Of a stretch of 64,000 bases of DNA, positions 25,095-33,033 are shown one piece after another. The first letter of the stretch is position 1. Every line of letters starts with the position of its first letter. Source of the DNA: an uncultured Verrucomicrobiota bacterium (GTDB taxonomy: Bacteria > Verrucomicrobiota > Kiritimatiellia > CAIKKV01 > CAYSLU01); NCBI GenBank assembly GCA_964431965.1, contig CAYSLU010000014.1, positions 3,700-67,699 on the forward strand. Reading direction: 5' to 3'. The notes under the pieces are model-generated. The model made no database searches, had not been told where the DNA came from, and saw only the letters and a program-made list of their open reading frames with translations. The position numbers were made by a program, and so were the translations under genes.

Positions 25095-26824
25095 ACCGCC
25101 TGCAGCCCGTCTATACGGAGAAGGCCGAATGCCAGGACTGCTTCAAGTGCGTCCGGCAGTGTCCGGTCAAAGCCATCAAAGTCGAGCGGGGCAGCGCGGA
25201 GGTCGTCCCGGCGCTGTGCCTTTCGTGCGGGCACTGCGTGACGGTGTGCCCGGTCGGCGCCAAGCGCGTCCGGGCCGATCTCGACCGCGTCCGCGAGCTG
25301 ATCGCCCAGCGGAAGCAGGTCCTCGTCTCGCTGGCGCCGTCGTATGTGACCGAGTTCTGCGGGGTATCGCCGGGGCGGCTGGCCGGGGCTCTTCGCCTGC
25401 TGGGGTTCTGGGGCGTCTCGGAGACCGCGCTCGGGGCCGAGCTGGTGTCGGCTCGGGTGGCCCGGATGCTGCAGGACGACCCCGCGCCGCGGCTGCTGCT
25501 TTCCTCGGCCTGCCCGTCCGCCGTTGAACTCCTGCGCAAGTATTACCCCGATCTGGTGCCCGGCCTGACGGACGTGGTGTCGCCCGTCCTGGCTCACTGC
25601 CGCTGGCTGCGGCAGCAGTACGGGGCAGGCATCGCGATTGTCTTCATCGGCCCGTGCGTGGCGAAGAAGCTCGACGCCGACGACCACCCCGAGCTGCTGG
25701 ATGCGGCGATTACGTTCCGCCATCTGCGGGAGTGGCTCGCGTCGGCGGGCCTGGAGGGCTCGCTTGCGACGGCCGAGCCCGCCGAGTTCATTCCGTGCCG
25801 GGCCGGGAATGGCGCGCTCTACCCGGTCGAAGGCGGCATGATCGCGGGCATCCGGGGCCAGGCGTCGGTGGTCGATGCCGGAGCGCTGACGATATCGGGC
25901 GTCGGCCGGATCATGGACGCCCTGAAAGGGCTTCGGGGCGCTCCGCTGCGCCAGCCGCTCTTCGTGGAACTGCTGGCCTGCGAGGGGGGGTGCATCAATG
26001 GCCCTCAGTCTTCGACGCCGGGTCAGTCCATCATCAAGCGGCAGCACGTCGTTCAGACGGCGGGAGATCGCCCGGCCGCGCTCGAGGGGCCGGCGCCGGC
26101 GCTCGATGCGACGGTGGCCGCTGCCGGGATACGGGTTGAGCGGTACACCGACGCCGAACTGTCGGCCGCCCTGCGCCGGGTGGGGAAGCGTGTGCCGCGC
26201 GATGAGCTGAACTGCAGCGGCTGCGGGTACGAGGACTGCCGGGCGTTCGCGCGAGCCTTGCTGGACGGCAAGGCCGAGCCGGCCATGTGCGTGTCGCACC
26301 TGCGCAAGCTGGCTCAGAACAAGGCCAGCGCGCTGCTCCACGCCATGCCGGCGGGCGTGCTCATCGTCGATGACGCGCTGCGCGTCGTGGAGTGCAACCG
26401 GACGCTGGCGACGATGCTCGGCGAGGACGCCGTGCTGGCGTATGACGCGAAGCCGGGTCTTGAGGGCGTCGATCTCGACAAGCTGCTGCCGCTGGGCCGG
26501 CTGATCGAGGGCGTGCTGCACGGCGCCCCGGATGCGTGGGAGCGCGACGTCCGCGTCGCCGGCCGGGTGTTCCACATGACCCTGTTCGCGATCGAGCCGC
26601 ACCGCCTGGCCGGGGCCATACTGGCCGACGTGACGCAGCCGGCCGTTCGCCGCCAGCAGGTCATCCGCCAGGCGGAGGAGGTCATCCGGAAGAACCTCGC
26701 GACCGTGCAGCAGATCGCCTACCTGCTGGGCGAAAACGCGGCCGAGTCCGAGGCCACGCTGCAGTCCATCATCCGCTCGTTCGAGCCACCCGCGGAGGAG
26801 CCGGCGGAGCCTCGCCATGGCTGA
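25091..26824 (+). CDS. hydS: Sensory (group C-like) [FeFe]-hydrogenase homolog with a C-terminal PAS domain
   Basis: ATGA overlap with hydA. The N-terminus has a 2x[4Fe-4S] motif. The H-domain motifs are variant: P1 SSACPSAV, P2 GPCVAKKLD, P3 ELLACEGGCINGP. An extra Cys motif (CSGCGYEDC...C) and a PAS-like domain (LLHAMPAGVLIVDDALRVVECNRTLATMLGE) follow. Confidence 0.85.
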   Translation: MNRLQPVYTEKAECQDCFKCVRQCPVKAIKVERGSAEVVPALCLSCGHCVTVCPVGAKRVRADLDRVRELIAQRKQVLVSLAPSYVTEFCGVSPGRLAGALRLLGFWGVSETALGAELVSARVARMLQDDPAPRLLLSSACPSAVELLRKYYPDLVPGLTDVVSPVLAHCRWLRQQYGAGIAIVFIGPCVAKKLDADDHPELLDAAITFRHLREWLASAGLEGSLATAEPAEFIPCRAGNGALYPVEGGMIAGIRGQASVVDAGALTISGVGRIMDALKGLRGAPLRQPLFVELLACEGGCINGPQSSTPGQSIIKRQHVVQTAGDRPAALEGPAPALDATVAAAGIRVERYTDAELSAALRRVGKRVPRDELNCSGCGYEDCRAFARALLDGKAEPAMCVSHLRKLAQNKASALLHAMPAGVLIVDDALRVVECNRTLATMLGEDAVLAYDAKPGLEGVDLDKLLPLGRLIEGVLHGAPDAWERDVRVAGRVFHMTLFAIEPHRLAGAILADVTQPAVRRQQVIRQAEEVIRKNLATVQQIAYLLGENAAESEATLQSIIRSFEPPAEEPAEPRHG

Positions 26825-28001
26825 GGGCGGCTACGTGGAGGTCGATGTCGCGCGGGCCTGCAAGCACGGCCAGTATGTGTGCGGCGATGCGTTCAGCTCC
26901 CAGCGCATGGCGGAAGGGGATCGCGTCGTCTGCGTTCTGGCCGACGGGCTGGGCAGCGGCATCAAGGCGAGCGTCCTGGCGACGCTGACCAGCGCGATGG
27001 CGCTACGGTGCCTGTGCCATGAGCGCGGGGTGGAGCGCACGGCGGCGCTTATCCGAGACATCCTTCCGGTGTGCGGCAGCCGTGGCATCGCCTACTCGAC
27101 GTTCACGCTGCTCGATGTGTCGGGCGGCCGCCGGGCGCGGCTGATCGAGTCGGAGAACCCGGCGGCGCTCTTCGTGCGCGGTGGTCGGGTGGCGGACGCG
27201 GGGCGCCGCGAGCCGGGAGCCATCGCGGAAGCCGGCCGGGCGCGCGAGCTGCAGGTGGCCGAACTCGTGCTCCGGGAAGGGGACCGGCTGGTGCTGGTCA
27301 GCGACGGCGTCTCGCAGGCCGGGCTCGGGGCCGACGGCGCGCCGCTCGGGTGGGCCGTCGAGGGGCTCGGCCGCTTCGTTGAAGAGGCGGTGCAGCGCAC
27401 GCCCGGCGTCTCCGCGCGTGCGCTGGCCCGCGCGGTGGTGGACGAGGCGCTGCGGCGGGACGGCGAGCGGGCGCGGGACGACATGACCTGTGCGGTCGTC
27501 TACATCCGCCGGCCGCGCGAACTGCTGGTCGTGACCGGCCCGCCCTATCACCGCGAGCGGGACCGGCTGATGGCTGAGCTGACCGATGCGTTTCCGGGGC
27601 GGCGCATCATCTGTGGCGGGACGACCGCCGGCCTGGTGGCGCGCGAACTCGGGCGCGAGGCCGAGGTGGATGTCGCCCGGATCGATCCGCTGATTCCGCC
27701 GGCATCGCGCATGGCCGGCGTGGACCTGATCACCGAGGGCACGCTCACCCTGGGGGAGGCGGCTCGTTTGCTGGAATCGCCGGCGGTGATCGACTCGGCT
27801 CCGCCCAATGCGGCCACGCGAATGGTCGAGTTGATGCTGGACAGCGACATCGTGCACTTTTTGGTCGGCACGCGCATCAACGAGGCGCATCAGGACCCGA
27901 GCGTTCCGGTCGAGCTGGATATCCGTCGAAATGTTATCCGCCGCATCCGTGAGCGCCTGGAGCGCGGCTTCCTCAAGGAGACGCGCGTGCGGTTTCTCTG
28001 A
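26817..28001 (+). CDS. PP2C/SpoIIE-family serine phosphatase with a C-terminal extension
   Basis: 8-nt overlap with hydS. PP2C-like acidic motifs are present (VCGDAFSS, VLADGLGSGIKASVLA, LVLVSDGVSQAG, RDDMTCAVVYI). A ~170-aa C-terminal domain has no function I can assign. Confidence 0.8.
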   Translation: MAEGGYVEVDVARACKHGQYVCGDAFSSQRMAEGDRVVCVLADGLGSGIKASVLATLTSAMALRCLCHERGVERTAALIRDILPVCGSRGIAYSTFTLLDVSGGRRARLIESENPAALFVRGGRVADAGRREPGAIAEAGRARELQVAELVLREGDRLVLVSDGVSQAGLGADGAPLGWAVEGLGRFVEEAVQRTPGVSARALARAVVDEALRRDGERARDDMTCAVVYIRRPRELLVVTGPPYHRERDRLMAELTDAFPGRRIICGGTTAGLVARELGREAEVDVARIDPLIPPASRMAGVDLITEGTLTLGEAARLLESPAVIDSAPPNAATRMVELMLDSDIVHFLVGTRINEAHQDPSVPVELDIRRNVIRRIRERLERGFLKETRVRFL

Positions 28002-28115
28002 CGGGCCAGAAACTTCTGGCGTCGGCTGAGTGAAGGGCCTTACAGTTGGCCGTCCGTGGCTCCGGCGTCGCGCGATTGTGACGGGGCCGCGGCCGGAAGG
28101 ACGGTTGTCCGCGAG

Positions 28116-29993
28116 ATGTCATTGCAGGAACGGGGGAGCGCCGCAACCGAGCTGACCAACGGGGCGCTGATCCGGCGGCTGCTGGCCCTGAGCTGGCGCT
28201 ACCGGATCGGCTGCACCAAGGTCATTCTCCTCCAGGTCGTGATGCTCAGCATCGCCTTGAGCGGGCTCAGCCTCTCGGGGCTGGGCATCGACTTCATCCG
28301 GCACGCGGTGGAGCCCGCCGCTCGCGCGCCCCGGTGGCCGTTCGGCCTGACGCCTCCTCCGTCGTGGCCCTTCATGGATGTGCTCGGCGCCATCGCCGCG
28401 GCGATCCTCCTGCTGGCGGTCGCCCGCTCGGTCCTCTCCTACTACTACACCGTCGCGCTGGCCCGGCTCGTGCAGCAGAACATCGTCGTGGACCTGCGCG
28501 CCCGGGTGTACGACAAGCTTCAGCGCCTGAGCTTCCGGTTCTTCGACGACAACGCCAGCGGGACGCTCATCAACCGGATCACCGGGGACGTCCAGATGGT
28601 GCGCATGTTCGTGGACAGCGTCGTGATGGAGACCATCGTCCTGGTGATCTCCCTCGGGATCTGCCTCGCCTACATGGTTCGGATCCACCCCCTGCTCACG
28701 CTGGCCTGCCTGGCCACGACGCCCGTGCTGTGGATCATCTCCGCCGCCTTCTCGCGCGTGGTGAAGCCCGCCTACATGCGGAACCGGGACCTGGTGGACC
28801 AGATGATCCTCGACCTGGCGGAGTGCATCCAGGGGATCCATGTGATCAAGGGCTTCGCGCGCGAGGACGAGGAGGAGCGCAAGTTCCGGAGGGCGAACCG
28901 CGACGTGCTGGAGCAGAAGCAGGGCATCTTCTGGCGGGTGAGCCTCTTTCGTCCGGCGATGGACCTGCTGTCGCAGATCAACATGGTCGTTCTGCTCGGG
29001 TACGGCGGCTACCTGGTCGTCCACGACCGGCTGGCGCTCGGCACGGGTCTGATCGTGTTCCTCGGCCTGCTCCAGCGGATCTCGGGGCAGGTCAACACGA
29101 TCGCGAACATCATGGACAACACGCAGCAGAGCCTGGCCGGCGCCCGCCGGGTGTTCGAGGTGCTGGACGCGCCGGTGGAAATCGACAGCCGCCCGGGCGC
29201 CCGGCGCATCGCCCGGCTCAGCGGAGCCGTCGAGTTCGATGCCGTGTCCTTCGCCTACGATCCCGGGGAGCCCGTGCTCGACGGCCTTACGTTCCGCGTG
29301 GAACCCGGCCAGTGCATCGCCATTGTCGGCGCCACGGGATCGGGCAAGAGCTCGCTGCTCGGCCTGATCCCGCGCTTCTACGATCCGACGTCGGGCGTGG
29401 TCCGCGTGGACGGCCTCGACGCGCGCGACCTGCCGCTCGACGACCTGCGCCGCAACATCGGCCTCGTGTTCCAGGAGAGCTTCCTCTTCAGCAACACCGT
29501 GGCCGCCAACATCGCGTTCGGGCATCCGGACGCCACGCCCGAGCAGGTCGAGCGGGCGGCGCGGGTGGCCTCCGCACACGACTTCGTCATGGCGCTTCCA
29601 AAGGGGTATCAGACCGTGCTGGGCGAGGCGGGCGCCGACCTTTCGGGCGGGCAGCGCCAGCGGCTGGCCATCGCCCGGGCGCTGTTGCTCGATCCGGCGA
29701 TCCTGCTCATGGACGACCCCACGGCGGCCGTGGACGCCCACACGGAGCACGAGATCCTGGAGGCCATGAACAACGCGATGTGCGACCGCACCACGTTCCT
29801 CGTCACGCACCGCTACAGCGCGCTGCGGCGGGCGGACCGGATCCTGGTGCTGGAGCGGGGGCGCGTGGTGCAGGCCGGAACGCACGCGGAGCTGATGCGC
29901 GCGAAGGGGCCGTACCGGCGGGCCGCGCGAGTCCAGTTTGACGCGGACAGCGAGGAGTTCGCCCGGCTGTCGATGGCGGAGGCGCCCCGATGA
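28116..29993 (+). CDS. ABC exporter, fused permease/ATPase (MsbA-like), partner 1
   Basis: Six-TM domain, Walker A GATGSGKSS, signature LSGGQRQRLAIARAL and Walker B ILLMDDP. An alternative GTG start lies at 28056. Confidence 0.85.
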   Translation: MSLQERGSAATELTNGALIRRLLALSWRYRIGCTKVILLQVVMLSIALSGLSLSGLGIDFIRHAVEPAARAPRWPFGLTPPPSWPFMDVLGAIAAAILLLAVARSVLSYYYTVALARLVQQNIVVDLRARVYDKLQRLSFRFFDDNASGTLINRITGDVQMVRMFVDSVVMETIVLVISLGICLAYMVRIHPLLTLACLATTPVLWIISAAFSRVVKPAYMRNRDLVDQMILDLAECIQGIHVIKGFAREDEEERKFRRANRDVLEQKQGIFWRVSLFRPAMDLLSQINMVVLLGYGGYLVVHDRLALGTGLIVFLGLLQRISGQVNTIANIMDNTQQSLAGARRVFEVLDAPVEIDSRPGARRIARLSGAVEFDAVSFAYDPGEPVLDGLTFRVEPGQCIAIVGATGSGKSSLLGLIPRFYDPTSGVVRVDGLDARDLPLDDLRRNIGLVFQESFLFSNTVAANIAFGHPDATPEQVERAARVASAHDFVMALPKGYQTVLGEAGADLSGGQRQRLAIARALLLDPAILLMDDPTAAVDAHTEHEILEAMNNAMCDRTTFLVTHRYSALRRADRILVLERGRVVQAGTHAELMRAKGPYRRAARVQFDADSEEFARLSMAEAPR

Positions 29994-31801
29994 GCGCGGC
30001 CCGCTCCATCACGGTGGCGACGGGAGGGCACGACCCCGAGCAGTTCGGGGACGCGAAGCCCCTGGAGTTCGGGCTCATCCGCCGGCTGCTGGCCTACACG
30101 CGGCCGTATGCCCTCACGCGCAACGCGCTGGTCGCGCTGGTGCTGCTCCGGTCCGTCCAGGGCCCGCTCATCGCGTGGAGCATCGGCATCGTCATCAACG
30201 GCCCGGTGGCGCTGCGCGACCCCGAGGGGCTCGCGTGGGGCACGCTCGGCTACCTCTCGCTCGTGCTGTCGGCCTCCTTTGTTCTCCACTTCCGGCAGCG
30301 TCTGGCGCTCGAGCTGGGCGAGTCGGTTGTCCACGATCTGCGCGGGGAGCTGTTCACGCACCTGCTCCGCATGCCCATGGCCTTTCACCACCGGATGAAG
30401 CTCGGGCGGATCATCAGCCGGTTCACGTCGGACACGGAGTCCGTCCGGACGGGCGTGCAGGAAGTGCTGTTCGTGAGCCTCGTGCAGGGCGGGCAGATGG
30501 CCGTCTCGGCCATGCTGATGTTCTGGTACGACCGCGTGCTCTTCGCCGTCATTCTGGCGATGGCGCCCGTGCTCTGGATCATGAACTCCTACTTTCGCAA
30601 GCGGCTGAGCCGGGCGCACCGCGCGGTGCAGGAGAGCTTCAGCCGGGTGACGGCTACGGTGGCGGAATCGGTGCGCGGCGTGCGCGAGACGCAAGGCTAC
30701 GTGCGGCAGGACGTGAACGCCGAAATGTTTCACGAGCTGGTGCTCGACCACTCGCAGTACAACGTGGGCGTCGCGCGGACGACCGGGGTGTTCTTTCCCC
30801 TGCTGGAGCTCAACAGCCAGATCTTCATCTCGGCGCTTGTCGTGTTCGGCGGGTACCGGGTGATCCATCCCGGCGGCATGGAGATCGGGAGCCTGATCCA
30901 GTTCTTCTTCCTGGCCAACTTCTTCTTCTCGCCCATTCAGTCCCTGGCCGGCCAGTACAACAGCGCGCTGACCGCCATGGCCGGCGCGGAGCGGGTGTTC
31001 CGCTTTCTGGACACGCCTCCCGACTGGGAGGACTCGCCGGCGGCGGCGGATCTGGCGGCGCTGGACGGGCGCGTGGAGTTTCAGGGCGTCTCGTTCTCGT
31101 ACACGCCGGACCGGCCGGCGCTCCGTGACGTGAGCTTCGTGGCGGAGCCCGGCCGCACGGTGGCGCTCGTCGGCCATACGGGCAGCGGGAAGTCGACGGT
31201 CATCAACCTGATCGCCAAGTTCTATCTCGCGGGCGATGGGCGGGTCCTGATCGATGGGCGCGACGTCCGGGATATCCGGAGCGAGTCCCTGCACCGGCAC
31301 ATGGGAATCGTGCTGCAGAACAACTTCCTGTTCACGGGGACGGTGATGGACAACATCCGCCTCGGCCGGCCGGGCGCGTCGGACGCCGACGTGCTGGAGG
31401 CGGCCGGGCGGCTGGACTGCCTGGATCTGCTGGAGGCGCTTCCGGACGGCCTTCAGACGCGGGTGGGGGAGCGCGGAAGCGGGCTCTCGCTCGGGCAGCG
31501 GCAGCTCGTGTGCTTCGCCCGCGCCATGCTGGCGGATCCCCGGATTTTCATCCTGGACGAAGCGACCAGCTCCGTGGATACGATGACCGAGGAGCGGCTT
31601 CAGAAGGCCTTGTCCAACCTGCTGAAGGGGCGGACGAGCTTCGTCGTGGCGCACCGGCTGAGCACGATCCGGCACGCCGACCTCGTCTTGGTGATGGAGC
31701 AGGGGCGGATCGTGGAGCGGGGAACCCACCGGCAGCTGATCGCGCTGGGCGGAACCTACGCGCGGCTGTACCGGAATTTCATCCTGGCGAACGTGGTGTG
31801 A
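29990..31801 (+). CDS. ABC exporter, fused permease/ATPase, partner 2
   Basis: ATGA overlap with partner 1. Walker A GHTGSGKST, signature LSLGQRQLVCFARAM and Walker B IFILDEATS. Confidence 0.85.
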   Translation: MSAARSITVATGGHDPEQFGDAKPLEFGLIRRLLAYTRPYALTRNALVALVLLRSVQGPLIAWSIGIVINGPVALRDPEGLAWGTLGYLSLVLSASFVLHFRQRLALELGESVVHDLRGELFTHLLRMPMAFHHRMKLGRIISRFTSDTESVRTGVQEVLFVSLVQGGQMAVSAMLMFWYDRVLFAVILAMAPVLWIMNSYFRKRLSRAHRAVQESFSRVTATVAESVRGVRETQGYVRQDVNAEMFHELVLDHSQYNVGVARTTGVFFPLLELNSQIFISALVVFGGYRVIHPGGMEIGSLIQFFFLANFFFSPIQSLAGQYNSALTAMAGAERVFRFLDTPPDWEDSPAAADLAALDGRVEFQGVSFSYTPDRPALRDVSFVAEPGRTVALVGHTGSGKSTVINLIAKFYLAGDGRVLIDGRDVRDIRSESLHRHMGIVLQNNFLFTGTVMDNIRLGRPGASDADVLEAAGRLDCLDLLEALPDGLQTRVGERGSGLSLGQRQLVCFARAMLADPRIFILDEATSSVDTMTEERLQKALSNLLKGRTSFVVAHRLSTIRHADLVLVMEQGRIVERGTHRQLIALGGTYARLYRNFILANVV

Positions 31802-31829
31802 TGACGGTTGTCTACGGAAGGAGCAGGAG

Positions 31830-32969
31830 ATGATAGCAGCGGCTCGGACCGAGGCCCAGCAGCTGGCGGTGGACAGCATTCTGCGGAAGCCCGTCAAGGG
31901 GATCGGGATCTGGATCATCAACCCCATGGAATGGGCGATGATCGACCGATTCGCCGACGTGCCGGAAGGAACGTATCGCGCGAATCCGGTCGATACCTAC
32001 CGGGCGATGCTGGTCAAGGCCGGAACCTGCATGGTCGACCAGTGGATACCTCAGAACCCGCTGTCCATCGGGGCGAAGGGGTACGAGGGCGAGCGCAAGG
32101 CGGGCGCCACGACCGGCGCGGAGCACGTGGTGGTCGATGGCATCGATATCCGCGAGCCGGAGGACGTCGTGGCGCACCTGGAGCAGGTCGAGTTTCCGCG
32201 CCTGAGCCAGGCGGCCGCCGAGTTCGATGCCGATGCGCTGGTGAAGCGGATCATCGAGGGCGAGCGGCAGACGCAGGAGATCATGGGGCCCGACCTGTTC
32301 AAGGCGCCGTACTGCCCGGCCGCCTTTCCCGGCTATCGCTACGGCTCGTACGGCTACGCCAACTACTTCATGGCCTACGGGCTGTACCCCGAGGTCATGG
32401 AGCGGCACTTCAAGCTTACGGCCGACTACGCCGTGCTCCACAACCGGGCCGTGGTGCGGGCCTACGCCGAGGGCGGGCTGGTGCCCTACATGCGGCTCGA
32501 TCACGATATGGCGGCCGGGAGCGGAACGCTCACGGACATCAAGAGCCTCGACCGCATCTGGTTCCCGCACTTCGCGCGCTGCATGGAGCCGCTGGTGAAG
32601 GCCGGCATTACGATGATCTGGCACTGCGACGGAAACCTCATGGAGATGGTTCCGCGCCTGCTCGATGTCGGGATCCGCGGGTTCCAGGGGTTCCAGTACG
32701 AGTACGGCATGGACTACGAGCGGATCTGCCGCATGAAGACTCGTGACGGCGAGGACCTGCTCATCATCGGCGGAGTATCGGTTACGAAAACCCTCCCGCA
32801 CGGCACGCCGGCTGACGTGCGGCGCGAGATGGACTGGCTGGTGCGAGCCGGGCCCAAGCGCGGACTGCTGCTCGGGTGCAGCAGCTCCATCACGCCGGGC
32901 GTGCCGTGGGAGAACCTCAAGGCGCTCTCGGAAGGATTCTGGCACTATCGGACGCACGGGCGGGGATGA
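31830..32969 (+). CDS. Uroporphyrinogen-decarboxylase (URO-D)-like family protein
   Basis: GGAGCAGGAG lies upstream of the ATG. The C-terminal half resembles URO-D/MtaA-type TIM barrels (ITMIWHCDGNLMEMVPRLLDVGIRGFQGFQ...LLIIGGVSVTKTLPHGTPADVRREM). The substrate is unknown. Confidence 0.55.
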   Translation: MIAAARTEAQQLAVDSILRKPVKGIGIWIINPMEWAMIDRFADVPEGTYRANPVDTYRAMLVKAGTCMVDQWIPQNPLSIGAKGYEGERKAGATTGAEHVVVDGIDIREPEDVVAHLEQVEFPRLSQAAAEFDADALVKRIIEGERQTQEIMGPDLFKAPYCPAAFPGYRYGSYGYANYFMAYGLYPEVMERHFKLTADYAVLHNRAVVRAYAEGGLVPYMRLDHDMAAGSGTLTDIKSLDRIWFPHFARCMEPLVKAGITMIWHCDGNLMEMVPRLLDVGIRGFQGFQYEYGMDYERICRMKTRDGEDLLIIGGVSVTKTLPHGTPADVRREMDWLVRAGPKRGLLLGCSSSITPGVPWENLKALSEGFWHYRTHGRG

Positions 32970-33033
32970 CAGGCGGTCCCGGAGACCGGCCCCAGCATGA
33001 GTGTTCGGACGGAGACAACAAGGAGCAAGAGCG

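Noticed and set aside
28119-31927. Two long minus-strand ORFs (588 aa and 704 aa) and a 535-aa plus-strand alternative frame over the ABC transporter genes.
   Set aside because: Walker A, Walker B and signature motifs and the six-TM domains are all in the called plus-strand frames. The alternatives are Arg/Pro/Gly-rich shadows.
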